The translations under genes and the position numbers were made by a program. Below are positions 1-13,625 of a DNA stretch of 64,000 nucleotides, piece after piece. Source of the stretch: Eledone cirrhosa (Eukaryota). The notes beneath the pieces were generated by a model. It saw only the letters and a list, made by a program, of their open reading frames with translations. It searched no databases and had not been told where the DNA came from. The DNA lies in contig OZ024740.1 in the NCBI GenBank assembly GCA_964016885.1, forward strand, positions 331,204,001 to 331,268,000. Reading direction: 5' to 3'. Each line of letters starts with the position of its first letter. The stretch's first letter is position 1.

Positions 1-1451
1 CTCGAGAGTCAATACGTACAGAAGGGAAGAGAGAGGGCACTCTTGACGGACCGATCGGGAGAGCCGAAATGGTTCCGAGAGGTGGCCATTAACTTTGACC
101 ACCGAGCGTGTGCCGCTGTGCATTGCAACGATCCAGCTTCTAAAGACAGGGTCGAAGCCAGCTGCTTTGAGGACAAACTCCAGATACCGATGATCGACCC
201 TATCAAATGCTTTCGATTGATCTAAATTGATCAGTGCCCCACCGAAGCCAGGTTTACACCCTACCCTCTCTATGATGTATCGCATGAGGTGGAGATTGTG
301 GTGTATGGACCTGGCTGGGATTGCGCAAGTTTGCGCCTCCCCAACCAAATCCTCGACGACAAGCGCCAATCTCTTTGCTAACACCTTGGCCAAAATCTTA
401 AACTCTGTGTTGAGCAGAGTTATGGGCCTGAAGTTGTCTAATGTATCCCTCTTGTTCTCGTCTTTCCTTATCAGCGTCACCACTCCCCTGCTCACAGAAC
501 TGGGAATACTCCCATTCTGCTGCCAGTTACAGTAGAGTGCTTCAAGGAGTTCGGAGAACAAGTCTGGCATATTTACGTAAAGCTCGTAGGGCAGGCCATC
601 CAAGCCTGGTGACTTGCGCCTCATGCAGCCGACAAGGGCGTCCTGAATTTCGGCTGAAGTAATCGGCCTTTCGCAGCGCTCAGCGTCGACCGTCGAGATG
701 CGCGGCAAGCCGTCAAGGTAGGGACTGAAATCCGCTACTCTCTCTGACCCGCCACTCTCCCCGAACAACCGAGCAAAGTGCTGGCGAAAGGCCTCACACA
801 TCCGCTTGGAATCGCTTATCTCGTGTCCGTCTCGGTCCGCCAAAGACCGAATTGTGGTTTTATTACCACGCTGCGCCTCCGCAACGCGGGCCCATCGAAC
901 AGCTTTAGTTCCCTCGTTTCTCAGCGCACGCGCCTTAGCTCTGACAATGCAACCTTCGTGTTTGGCATTGAAGAAATGGTCTAATGCCATTCTCGCCGCT
1001 AGCACGTCAGTTGCGATGCCACTACAAATAGCCTCGTCTAACTTATCTACCAGCTCCCCCTCCTTTCTATTTTTCTCTAACGCTAGTTCTTTGCTGAACT
1101 CTATCGAAGTTACTCTAATCTCTCTTTTGAGAGCCCCCCACCATCTGTTGTTGATGATCCCCCTGTCAACTTTTGCTTAACTAACTTATTGACTCGGCCC
1201 TGTAAGCCTTACGTGCCGGAAATGACATGTTCAGCTTCCAGTAACCCGGTCCTAACCTACGCGTTTTATTTAGGTCGACCGTACAGATCACAAATTTGTG
1301 ATCTGAATAGGCGACCGTTTTAAAAAGTGGACAGCCCAAACTATTTCTATCTATTTTCCTAATGAAGATTCTGTCTATATACGATCTAGATGACCCAATT
1401 CGGTTGGTCCATGTCCATACTGGCACATTGGGGAAATCTAGTCGCTACCTG

Positions 1452-1979
1452 TCAGACAGTTGGAACTGGCTGAGTAGGTGCTTGATGCTTTTGCACCCCC
1501 ACGCTCCTATCAGCTACTCCCACACAATCCCAGCGTGCGTCTAAGATGCCATTCCAGTCCCCTGCTAACAGTAAAGGGCGAGACGTACCCAGAAAGGTCT
1601 CCAGGCGCCTAAAGAAGTCAGGTCGTCCGGCCCCTGTAGGGGCGTAGGCGGCCAGCAGTCTAAAGGCACCACCTTCGCTACTGCTCACATCCAAGACCAC
1701 CAACTTACCGTCCGGGTCCCGGAAGATCGACCTTACCTCGAGATCCAGTCCTTTCCTAAACAGCACTGCCACCCCACCCCCCATTCCCGCCCTGCTAACA
1801 GATGCGAAGATCTGATAGTCGTCGAAAATGGGGGCTAGTGCACGCGTGTCGGAAATTCTGGTCTCGCTTACGGCAATCACATCCATTTCCAGCGACCGGA
1901 GGTCGTTGAGCAGGCGACCCTGCTTCCAGGGTGACCCCAGGCCGCGAACATTTAAACTTCCTACTCTTAATATGGCCAT
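1452..1979 (-). pseudogene. LINE ORF2 N-terminal apurinic-like endonuclease domain, frameshifted
   Basis: ORF MAILRVGSLNVRGL...LLLAGDWNGILD; continues in frame 1181..1426 (SYIDRIF...YSDHKFV...GYWKLN). Confidence 0.9.
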
Positions 1980-1988
1980 ATTGGTAAG

Positions 1989-2648
1989 CTAAGAGAGAGA
2001 GAGGGAAGGTTTACTTACCTCCCGGGTCTTGTGAAGGTCGGGTGGTTCGACCTCCATGGTTGGTGGGGTTTCTTTTGGGAACCCCTTTAAAAGTCTTGAT
2101 GTGGGTTTCACATTCGGGTTTCCCACGTCTTGAGGAAAGCTCTCTCGAATTTCTTTGAAATAATTGAGTGACATTCGGACCAGAAGCAAATCTTCTGGCA
2201 CGCAAAATGTGCTCATTTCCAAAATCTCCCCCTCTGTTTGAATGTCCTCGCTTCGCGCTAAGAGGGCCATCAGTTTATCGTTGGCCCTTCTGACAAGCAC
2301 GAAGTTTTTAACATTTTGTTGGTGTGGTTTTATTTGTTTTCGTTTTGGTGAAGGTGGTGGCGATGGTTTTGGTGGTGTTGTTTCGGGTATGTCTATGTTT
2401 GTTGTAGGTGTGGTATCTGCAATTTCAGGTATTTGTGTGTATATTTGTACTTGTGTTTGTTTAGGTTGTTTGCGTTTCGGGGATTGTGGAGGTGGTGTCG
2501 ATGTTGCTGATGGTGCTGATGTTATTGGGGAAGTGTCTGCGTTAGTGGTGTCTGTATTTTTTGTTGTGTGTGTTTTTGTGTTTTGTAGGGGCTTTTTTTT
2601 TTTGTGTGAGTTTTCTCTGTTTTTTTGCACTTTTGGGTTTTCCTTCAT
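1989..2648 (-). pseudogene. C-terminal K/T/P-rich part of LINE ORF1
   Basis: 219-aa ORF immediately upstream of ORF2; nucleotide similarity to 34.35-34.95 kb (e.g. cccaaacgcaaacaacctaaaca). Confidence 0.7.
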
Positions 2649-2868
2649 CTTCGCTGCTGGAAGACAAAGGGTCTGTGTCTGTGAGTGTCTCTGTGTCTGT
2701 GTGTGCGTTTATTTTTTGTTTGTCTATGTATATAGTTGGGGACAGACACCACCCTCCTGGACATCAAAAGGACAGAGAGAGAAGACTGGTCCGGAATGGA
2801 TTTGGAGATTCTTCTCCAAATGAAACTGGAGGATATAAATAACAATAAGTAGCAATAATGATAATAAT

Positions 2869-3069
2869 CATTGTTTCTACTTCTGGCACAAGGCTCTACT
2901 TCTGGCACAAGGCCAGTAATTATTCCAGTGTACTGGTACTTTATTTTATCGACCCCGTGAGGATAAAAGGCAAAGTTAACCTCGGAGGGATTTGAACTCA
3001 GACCATAAAGGGATGTAACTATTTGCTGCAAACATGGCGTCATACCCTCTACTGATACTGCCAATCCAC
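2869..3069 (-). mobile_element. tRNA-derived Meta-type SINE with a small internal duplication near the tail
   Basis: On the minus strand: A box TGGCAGTATCAG, B box GAGTTCAAATCC, core GCCTTTTATCC...GGGGTCGATAAAATAAAGTACCAG, AGAAACAAT tail. Confidence 0.85.
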
Positions 3070-3249
3070 AATAACAACTATAATGATGACAATAATAATA
3101 AAAAGAGAGGGAAACAAAAGGGAAGAAAGAATAGGGAAATATGAACACAAAATAGAGAAAGAAAGAAGAAAAGGAACGGGAAGATGAGGGGATGAGAAAG
3201 GCTCCGGTTTCACAGAAGAGAGGGGAGGTGTGAAGGGAGAGAGTGATTG

Positions 3250-4200
3250 GGCTTTGGTCCTAGGGTAGGAGGACAGAAGAACTGCGCCCCGCGGACAAGA
3301 CGGCAAAATCATTCCCGCCGACGATGGCCAGTGACACCCGCTCCAACAGCCACCCAATCTCGCTGGGCTTCCTCCCCAGGCAGGCCGCTGACGCTCCGAT
3401 CTTAAGGAGGGGCGCGGCAGTAGAGGGTCAAAGTACGTGTACGCTGACGTCTCGGCGGCGACCGGCGTGAAGTGGAAGCGGCAGGACAAACCCTGGTATT
3501 TGTTTATTTTACGTTCTTCTGGGAGTCGGGCCGCGATGTCGTGATTTGTGACCGAAGCTACTAAGTTAGAGGCTGAGAACGTGTCACTGCAGGTGGCTTC
3601 CGAGATGAGGGATCTACTTCCTTTGAATGGGGAGAGGGTAATTCCGTCGGGACGCTTGCCATCTCCGCTGTTTAGACCGCTGGGTCCATTTGAGATGGAA
3701 AGCCAGCCGCGTCCATGCCTCTTCTCAATATGTCGTTGAGAGCAGCGTGTTGGGGAACCAGCCAACGGCCTGGCCGCAAGAAAGAGGGTGCAGGCCGAAC
3801 TTGTCAACTACCACCCTGCAGCGGAATTTATGAGGCTCAACACGCGGAGGCCTAGGCTTCTCCGATGGGAGTGCACTTATCATTTGATAAGGAAAGCCCC
3901 GAATTAATCCACGCACCGCTATTGGACTGAGAAGCGGAGCGGAGGAAGTTTGGGAGGTGTTGGTCCAAGCCAGATACGATCCGCCTGGCTCAAACCGTAG
4001 TAAACTGTGGGATAGAGAGATATTCGCGAAGGCCATTTCTATCTAAGTGGCCAGAACCTCACTAATGAGGGCGCGAACAGAGCTTATACAGGAGCGGCAG
4101 GCAGGTAAAGCTTGATCCGAAGCTAATCGGGTTCGAGGCCACCTGTTGTCAGCCTGCACTGTCGAAACTGACATTGCCGATGAGTTCCGCACAACATCGA
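3250..4200 (-). mobile_element. CRE-like non-LTR retrotransposon 3' fragment (Zn knuckle plus restriction-like endonuclease)
   Basis: CRVVVDKFGLHPLSC...RH, then GKRPDGITLSPF...ATCSDT...EERKINKY...FTPVAAET, the RLE signature; frameshifted. Confidence 0.8.
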
Positions 4201-4204
4201 ATGG

Positions 4205-5320
4205 TGGCGTCATTTTCCCAACACAAAGCTACTGAACAGAACACAAACAAATAAATAGCTAACAAAAAAATAAAGAAACACAACACCATCGCATTGTATT
4301 GGCTCCAAACTTTAGCCGAGACAAACCAACAGCAACAACAACACCATCGACACAATACCAATACCACACCCCCACTGCGACAGTTTATATGTACCAAGAA
4401 ACAGAGGAGGTAGTTGACTGATAGGCTGTGAGTACTGCATTAGAACTGAAGAAAATAACATGTCGTAGTACATAAAACATTCCACAGAACAACTGTTGCT
4501 AAAAGTAAGAATGTCAAAGATGTGGAAAATAGAAGATTGCAAAGAAAAAACATAGAACCAACATTTGAAAATGGATGAAACAGAAAGAAAATGGACAGAA
4601 AAAAATAGTGTATGGACAATTCCATAGGCATGTTTAAGATAGGACAAATAATGGAAAAGGGTGGTTATGGATGAATAAAACTGTTCTAAAACCAGAAACA
4701 GAAGTATCAATCTGTTCCGCTAAAGAACAAGCACTAAGAACTAACTGCATCAAGCATAGATTAGACTAAACAGCAGTAAATGTTAAGTGTAGAATTTGGG
4801 CATGAAAGTAGAAACTCTATGGCATATTATCAGTCAATGCATGCCACTAACCCAGAAATAATATAAGATACATCACGACAACATAGCAATGATAGTCCAT
4901 TGGAATTTTGTAGCAAATACGCATTTGACAGAGCAGAAAGGTGGTACGAACACGGCACTGAGGGCGTCATCGAAAATGATGATGCAAAGAATGTGTGATA
5001 CAGTATGATCATGATATTGAGCATAGGACACCATATATTTTATTAATTGAGGAAGAAAGCAAACAGTGTTGGATGATAGATATAGTCAGTCCAGCAGATA
5101 ATCAGGTATGCAATAGAGACACAACAATTTGATAGAATTGGGAGAGTTGTGATCACTGAAAAAGGTGGTGGCAATACCAGTAGTAGTTGGAGTCTTGGGG
5201 ACTGTGAGTAAAGATTATGAGAAGTACATTAAACAAACTGAGACTGCAATAGGGATGGAAAACGTACAAAAACAGAATTGCTTGTAACACCTCGAATACT
5301 CCGGAGGTGACTCGAAAAAT
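4205..5320 (+). mobile_element. R4/Dong-like RLE retrotransposon 3' fragment, heavily decayed
   Basis: LYVPRNRGG, EQALRTN, KCRI...ETLWHIISQC, WYEH...VIENDD with many stops. Confidence 0.75.
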
Positions 5321-5379
5321 AAGGGTTGTTTCCCCAGTTAACTTGTAGTAAACAGCTGTCACTGTAATACATTCTGAGG

Positions 5380-7566
5380 CGGAACAGACTAAGACATTCT
5401 GGAGAGGAATATGGGAGCAGAATGTTGAACATAATAGTCAGGCAGTGTGGATTGAGACAGTACAAAAGTAGATTAGTGAACAAGCACACCAACAAACTGA
5501 TTTGAGTATCACAGTTGAAACACTTAAAGGGCAGGTCAAAAAACTAACCAACTGGAAATCACTAGGTCCAGATGGTGTACAGGGGTATTGAATTAAAAAT
5601 ATAACATCCCTCCACTCGAAACTGACAACCATGTTCAATGACTGCTTGATGTCAGGTGAGGTACCAGAGTGGTTGACAAACTGTCCCACAGTTTTGGTAA
5701 TGAAAGACCGAATCAAGGGTAATGATGTTACCAACTATAGACCTACCACATGCCTGTCCGTAATGTGGAAACTGTTAACAAACATTGTGTTTGAGGAAAT
5801 CTACCATCAATGCCACATAAACAACTTGTTACCCGACGAACAGATGGGATGCCGAAAGAAGTCCTGTGGTACAAAGGACCAGTTACTTATTGATAAGATG
5901 GTAATGAGGAATTGCAAGCGGAGACACACTGGTCTTGTCATGGCATGGATAGATTATAAAAAGGCATTCGACATGGTACCTCATTCTTGCATAACCAAAA
6001 GCCAAGTTGGCAGATAATATCAGACAGTTGTTGAGCAAAAGTATGAAGTCCTGGGAAACACAGTTGACATCTGGTGGAGAATCCTTGGGAGGCGTGAAGA
6101 TCAAGAGAGGTATCTTTCAGGGAGATTTTTGTCCGCTCTGCTGTTTGTCCTTGCCCTGATACCCCTGACCGTTATATTGCGAAAAGTGAGAGCAGGATAC
6201 AAGTTGAGAAAAGGAGAGGTTACCATCAACCACCTCCTCTTCATGGATGATCTTAAACTCTTTGGGAAGAATGAGAAGGAGTTGGATGTACTTGTTGACA
6301 CTGTCGGTATTTTCAGCATTTTAATTTGGTATTAATAAGTGTGGAGTCCTAGTGATGAAGAGGTGTAAATTGAGCAGGAGCAACGGAATCCAGGTACCAA
6401 CAGGTGAGATGATAAAGGAAATTGACACTGAAGAAGGATAGAAATATTTAGGTGTTCTGGAGGCAGATGACATCAAGAAGAAAAACAGGAAGGAATTCAT
6501 AAGATCTGAGTAAATTAGGAGAGTAAGGAGCGTATTAAATTCACATCTAAATAGCAGGAATGTCATAAGTGCAGTGAATTCCCGAGCTGTGTTTATTATT
6601 AGGTACATTGCGGGAATTCTGAAATGGAATGTTTCTGAACAAAAATAAATGGATAGGAAGACTAGGATACTATTGACTATCTACAACATGCTCCACAAGA
6701 GGAGTGATGTAGATAGACTCTACTTAAAGAGATCTGAAGGTGGAAGAGGACTTATCAGCATAGAGGACTGTGTTCAGATGGAGAAAAACAACCTGCACAA
6801 ATACGTGACTGACAGTAGGGAGCCAATGCTCAAAATTGTACTGAAGGAGAAGACAATAGACCAGGGGATGTCCAAGGAGGAAATAACAACAAGGAGGAAG
6901 AGCAACCTTCATGAAAAATCCCTTCATAATACCTTCTTTAAGAAAGCTGAATATAGAGATCCACAGACATGGAACTGGTTAAAAAGAGGAGACCTTAAAA
7001 AGCATATAGAAGGAATGCTAATGGCTGCGCAAGAGCAGGCCATCAAGACGAAGTGGCTGAAACACAATATTTACAAGGAGGAGTCTAGCCCACTGTGTAG
7101 GATCTGTAGAGACAAAGAGGAGACTGTGGCTCACATTGTATCCGAGTGTAAACACCTAGCCCAGACTCACTATAAAGGCTGGAGACATGATGTGATGGGC
7201 AGGGTGATCCACTGGCACCTACGCAAAGTAAACGATTTACCACATTCTTAGAAGTGGTATGAGCATAAGCCATAGTCGGTGATAGAAAACGATCAGGTGA
7301 AGGTGGTATGGAATTTTTGGATACAGACCGAAAAGAAATTAGAACACAATAAGCCTGACTTAGTGGTTTTAGACAAGGAAAAAAGATCGTGCCTGATTGT
7401 AGATTTAGCCTGCCCATTTGAGACGAGAGTGCAAGAGAAGGGGGGGGGGGGAGAAAATTAATCGATACCAGAATTTAAAGTGCGAGATAAAACGGATTTG
7501 GAACTGCCATGAATTCAAGGTCGTTTCGATTGTCATAGGTGCACTAGGTACTATCTCAAACGTTCC
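5380..7566 (+). mobile_element. R4/Dong-like RLE retrotransposon (RT, CCHC and RLE domains), decayed
   Basis: NYRPTTCL, WIDYKKAFDMVPH, GIFQGD, HLLFMDDLKLF, RLYLKRSEGGRGL, CRIC...ETVAHIVSEC, HNKPDLVV, IVIGALG (ORFs 5631, 6129, 6649, 7279). Confidence 0.92.
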
Positions 7567-8371
7567 CATCAATGATAATGAAATGAATGTGGATGAAATT
7601 ATGATCGAATGGATGAAAATGAAAGAATCTGACATGGGGGAACTCCAAATAAAAACCAAAGGATAATACGCAAGACTAACATAGCTCTCAGATACATTAT
7701 CATCACAAATAAACTAAATATTCCTGATCTATATCATCTCTACTATGAATACTCCTAATGATGGCACTCCACGCTCATCAGCAAGAAATCCAAAGAAAAA
7801 GAGAGAAAAATGGTCAATGGAAGGCAATAAAGAAGTGCTTGCGGCTTTCTACACTGCCATGTACTACCCATCAAATAGATCGAATATTGAAGAATCATAT
7901 ATCAACTTAAAATACAAACATCTGGAAAACAGAAACTATATTGGCAGTAATAAACCAGCTAATATACGTAAACACATTGTTAAGAAGAAATTGATCAGAT
8001 CAAGCAATTAGCGCAAAGTCAGCGAAGGGAAAATGAAACATGTGTCAGTGAAAACGAAGTAAATTGTAACACTTTAAATACCAGTGTCGGGGCGGAATCA
8101 CTGACAGCAGAACAAATTAAAGAAAGGATCGAAAAAGTGGAAAGAGTTGCATGCCAAAGATGAAACTCAAAATGAAAACAATGAGATCATCAATGATAAT
8201 GAAATGAATGTGGATGAAATTATGATCGAATGGATGAAAATGAAAGAATCTGACATGGGGGAACTCCAAATAAAAACCAAAGGATAATACGCAAGACTAA
8301 CATAGCTCTCAGATACATAATCATCACAAATAAACTAAATATTCCTGATCTATATCATCTCTACTATGAAT
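7567..8371 (+). repeat. 184-bp direct duplication (7567-7750 = 8188-8371)
   Basis: Near-identical catcaatgataatgaaatg...ctactatgaat copies 621 bp apart. Confidence 0.93.
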
Positions 8372-9600
8372 CGGCTAGATTCAACATTCACTTATGTGGA
8401 GTGGAAATGAAAAAAAAGGAATGCCCACAAAAAACCTACTTTGCAAGAGAACATCAATCGCCAAATAAACCTTCTCCGATCTGACATAGAAATTCTAGCA
8501 AACTACAAATGAGGTGAACATGTTAAACAAACTAAACTCAGAAAATTGAAAAGAAAATACAATATAAAATCAACTAGCGCATAGACATGATGATAGAAAC
8601 AATCAAGCAAAATGTGTCGGCCAAAGTTGCACGTATAAGGCGCTTTAGCTCTTAGAAAATCCAGCAAATGGAAATCCCCAGGGAAAGACAAAATAACAAA
8701 TGTTTTTATAAATGCCTTCACAGTGTCTCATGAGCTGTTAGCCCAGCTTTACAATGAAATGGTTAAGGAGCCAGAAAAGACACCATCATGGCTATTTAAC
8801 AGCATTACATTCCTACTTCCGAAGAATGATGAGACAAATAATCCAAAAAATTACAGACCGATAACTTATGCATCGTACACATACCATTAAATAAAATGCT
8901 CAATGAAACAACATGGATATAAAGTCTATGACAAAACCATTAATCACTTGTTCTACATGGATGACCTGAAACTATTTGCAAAAAAATGATGAGCAAATGT
9001 TAAGGCTATTATCCACTGTGAAGCAGTTCAGTGATGATATTAAAATTGATTTTCGACTAGATACATGCGCCAAAGCCACGTTCACCAGAGGAAAGCTGCT
9101 TAGAGATAAAGAAGTTTTGATCGGAGGCATGTGATAAGATAACTTGATCAAGAGGAAACTTACAAATATCTAGGTGTCTATGAAGGAGACGGAATCAAGC
9201 ACTCTAAAATGAGGGAAAGGATAAGGAAGGAATGTTACAGCAGAGTAAGAGCAATCTTAAGAACGGAGTTGAATGCAATGAATAGGATCGATGCCATAAA
9301 TACACTTGCCATACCAGTAGTAACTTACAGTCCCAATGTCATCAACTGGTCAAGCACAGAGATCCGTAGGTTCGATACAAAAATTAGAAAATTCTTAAGC
9401 ATGCACAGAATTCATCACCCTAGGCGTGGATTAATCCAGTTAAATGTTTCTTTGAAAACTGCGACAATTGGATTATCTACATATGTAAGGGAGGCACATG
9501 GGTGGATGATCAAACTCGTTTTGAAACAAGAAAGCATCAAAAAGATCATACTTCATTACAAAAGATGCACAAAGATACAGTAATGAACCACAAATTACAG
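7745..9600 (+). mobile_element. Third R4/Dong-like element: N-terminal region plus internally deleted RT
   Basis: ORF MNTPNDG...REKWSMEGNKEVL; WKSPGKD, KNYRPIT, NHLFYMDDLKLF, YKYLGV, AINTLAIPVVTYS, MHRIHHP. Confidence 0.82.
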
Positions 9601-10414
9601 AAGGTAATTGGCAGCAGGTAAGGTGTGAAATTGTCAGTACCACAGCGCTGCTCAACAGAAGTGTGGAGAAAAGTAATTGATAGTATTCTTTAAAGAAAAA
9701 GTAAATTCAAATGGTTGTTTACAAATTCTAAAAATATTTTAAATAAATTATCGGAGTAGGAAATTTAGAACAACAACGAGTATAAAACATACATTATCTG
9801 TTTTCGAATCATACAGCAAAGAAACGACGTGTGAAAATGTTCTCTAATTTCAAAATTATAATTTCTATAGAGAAAAAATATTATTCACTTAAAATTAGAA
9901 TTCTCTTGTACGTACGGAATATTCTTAGTACAAATAAAGTTGAATAAATACGAAGTTTGTCAAGGTGTTTCGCGGTTGATTACTTATGAAAGTAATATGC
10001 TATAGGAAGTAATATACTAGTGAAATTCTGCTCAAGACAGAAATAACACATTATTTGAAATTATATATGGTGCATGCAGAATTAAAAGAAGACATCTGTT
10101 TGTAACAGTATATACAAATAAATTGTGGACGAAATATTACCTTACTAACATTGGTTATGCATATATCTTCCTATGTGCATAATATGAAAACTATTTAAGT
10201 CACAATCATAAAAAACCGAGAGCTAGGAGGCAAAATCAAACAAATCTTAATGTTACAAACAAACAAGAAAACAACTCTATTTCTGAATAGCCACTATGGC
10301 TCACTGATTATGCAATGGTGATATTCAGAGAATGAACGATGTTTGCAAACATATCAAGAAAACATTAAGATGAGAAAACCGAAAATGTGTTAGGAAATTA
10401 GTTATGCTTGGAAC

Positions 10415-10449
<35 letters not shown>

Positions 10450-10474
10450 TAGATAGATAGATAGATATAGATAG

Positions 10475-10573
<99 letters not shown>

Positions 10574-10600
10574 TGTGTGTCTGTGTTTGTGTGTGTGTCT
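10415..10600. repeat. Compound microsatellite (TA)(GA)(GATA)(GT)n
   Basis: Direct reading. Confidence 0.95.
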
Positions 10601-12631
10601 GTATTTAAGTATATACAAGGAGAACATAAATTCACATGCACTAATATAAATCCCAAATTACGCCTAAATCGGCAGGAAGCAAAGCAATAGAAGACTGCAT
10701 TTCTCTATAGAAAATATTTCTGCGAGGAGAAGCTCCAGGAAAACATGTTATAGAGCCAATGGTTTAAGCCAACGGAAGTGTAAGCACTATGAAAATTGAA
10801 TGTGAAAGGGGAGAAAGGAATTTGTTCATCACGTACGTGAAAGGTAACAGTAACATATTATTTAAAATTACTAACCCAATATTAAAGTGTGATATACTAA
10901 CAGAAACACAAAAATAGGATTAGCTTAAAGGCAGCTGTTTAATCTCTAGTCAGTATGTGTAGGAAACCTACGCAAACGCTAAACATCATGCCAACTCTTT
11001 TTCAATAACTTGTATGACCCATTTAGTTTCATTATGAATGTAATGGAACATCAGAATATTGATATTCAAGATGATGCACTTAAATATATATTTAAAAAGT
11101 GATATGTGGTAACCGTTAATGGGAATCCTCACATATTAAGGGCAACAGGTAACTCAGTCACGAAACATAAATAGCATTTAATTAATCGTGAAAAAACTGC
11201 AACATTTCGGAGGAGCAAAAATGATTAATTATAAGACCATTGCATGCAGAAATGATTGAAGTATACCACATAATAGTATATCTCATACGTATTTGTAAAA
11301 TATATTTTGTGGCGAAGTTAATGTACGGTATTATATAAAGCAATGCACTTAATATATACTCAAAGAATATTCCTATAAGAGCAATGCATGTTTACAATTG
11401 ATGTTTATACGTTATCTTTATTTTATCTATTAAAACCGTCGAAATTTTAAAAGTAATATGATGTTATAAATTTACATTGCGGTCATATGAATTTAGATTA
11501 AAAAAAAGATTTTAAGATTAATACACAGGAAAGAAACATTGAGTTTTAGTGAATGGTTTGAATTCTGAATAGAGCAGTACTGTTAATAATAGTTGTTTAT
11601 GATCGGACAACTAGCATGGATTGAGTTGATATGTGGCGATGACACTAACATTTATTAATGCAAAATTATATATGCAAATCCACGTTTCAGGCTGTTCTCC
11701 ATATCTATGAATGGATATTATGAAAATGATATAAGTAAGAAGATTATAGACAAATATGGAGCCTGTATAATGGCGATTATAAGAAATGCCTTTTAGATAT
11801 AGGGGATGTGATTTAATTCAAATATATTGACGGAAAGGAAGAGATCGATAGTTCCAAGATTAACTTGCTATATATATATATATGAAATTAGAGAACATGT
11901 ATGTGAAATAAGTATGAATTAGAGAAAAACGAATTTTTGAATATTCAAATACACAAGATGTAGTGGATTGTTGAGGTAATTTAAGAGAAAGTGTGGTGGA
12001 CTGTAAATAACTGTGAGAGGAATTATTATAAATTGTGAATTATGCCGCCTAATGTGTTACAATTTTAAAATTGTGAGTTGAGAAATTACACACCATTAGG
12101 AACTTATTTCCTCTCACATTCTATAGTCATGGAAACAAAAACATCTAAAATATTCAGAAATATATATTTATGTATTTATACATTACAAATGCAATCTAAA
12201 TATATTTGTATATAAAAGAAAATGTAAAGTAATTGTAACTTCGCTTAAACACTAATTAGTTTCTAATTAAAATTAATAAGATTTATTTTAAATTGGTTTT
12301 ACTTTTTCCTGATTCAGAATATGACATACAAGGCATAACATAACGAAGAGTTTGTTTCAAAAACAAAAACAAGCATGTCAAAATAAAAAGTTTAAAATTT
12401 GCTAAAACTTCCACGCTAAAATGAATTAATTATGATGTGTTGCTGAGTAAATTGGATTTATAACATAATACGTAATAATGGTCATCTGATTAAAATATAT
12501 ACGGATTACATAAATATTGTGTTTGAAGTATGTTTATACAAACTCACTTATTCAGAATCATACTCGAAAAAACACTAACGAACACAGACACGTACGCAAG
12601 TATATGTGTATATACGCGCACACACACACGC

Positions 12632-12690
<59 letters not shown>

Positions 12691-12972
12691 CATATATAGA
12701 TAAACGCAAAAATGAAACGAAATTTCATTTCTCACTCTTAGCACGGCTGTTACTTAAATGTAAGTATGTATACGTACATACATATATGTATACAGACGTA
12801 CAGTAGTATGTATATATATATATATACATACATGCACACATACATATATGTACGTATGGATTCACCGAACACTTATTATAATGCTCGGCTTGTTTGTATA
12901 CAAACATCCCGAATTAAGCCGTACAGTGTCTAGCAACCATCGTTGCTCATTTGTTCAACACTGACAAAGGAA

Positions 12973-13013
12973 CGCTGTACTAGTTTCAAGCTTATTAGCT
13001 ATCGTCAGCAACG
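12973..13013 (-). ncRNA. Minimal type I hammerhead ribozyme
   Basis: CGUUG-CUGACGA-U-AGCU-AAUA-AGCU-U-GAAA-CUAG-UA-CAGCG; stem I CGUUG/CAGCG, palindromic CUAG loop III. Confidence 0.85.
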
Positions 13014-13150
13014 TATACCTTCCTGAAAGATGGTTGAACGTCTGAAAGTATATACTTTCCTCATGCATATTAACAGCTGAGCAAACTAATTTGCATATCG
13101 AGTGAGTTAATCGGCCGGGGTACCGAAAACGATAAACGGAAAAAATGAAA

Positions 13151-13191
13151 CGTTGCTGATGATAGCTAATAAGCTTGAAACTGGTACAGCG
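13151..13191 (+). ncRNA. Minimal type I hammerhead ribozyme (CUGAUGA, loop III CUGG)
   Basis: cgttg ctgatga tagctaataagctt gaaa ctgg ta cagcg. Confidence 0.8.
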
Positions 13192-13584
13192 TTCATTTGT
13201 CAGTGTTGAATAAATGAGCAACGATGGTTGCTAGACACTGTACGGCTTAATTCGGGATGTTTGTTTACAATCACGCCGAAAATTTTAATAAGTGTTCGGT
13301 GAATCCATACGTACATATATGTATGTGTGCATGTATGTATATATATATATATACATAGTACTGTACGTCTGTATACATATATGAATGTACGTATACATAC
13401 TTACATTTAACTAACAGCCGTACTAAGAGTGAGAAATGAAATTTCTTTTCATTTTTTACGTTTAACATGTTTCGGTACCCCGGCGGATTAACTCACTCGG
13501 TATGCAAATTAGGCTGCTCAGCCGTTAATATGCATAAGGAAAGTATATACTTTCAGACGTTCAACCATCTTGCAGGAAGGTATA

Positions 13585-13625
13585 CGTTGCTGACGATAGC
13601 TAATAAGCTTGAAACTAGTACAGCG
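13585..13625 (+). ncRNA. Minimal type I hammerhead ribozyme
   Basis: cgttg ctgacga tagctaataagctt gaaa ctag ta cagcg. Confidence 0.85.

Larger units (their letters stand above)
1..2830 (-). mobile_element. Tx1/L1-clade LINE, decayed: 3' part of ORF1 plus ORF2 (APE endonuclease and RT), running off the window start
   Basis: Minus-strand translation gives APE motifs (SLNVRGL, VIAVSET, LLAAYAP, LAGDWN, YIDRIF, SDHK, GYWKLN) and RT motifs (RPITLLNTEFKILAK, LINLDQSKAFDRVDH, SVRQECPLS). Frameshifts near 1450 and 1180. Confidence 0.9.

Noticed and set aside
2242-2842. Plus-strand Gly/Val/Phe-rich ORFs
   Set aside because: Antisense shadow of LINE ORF1
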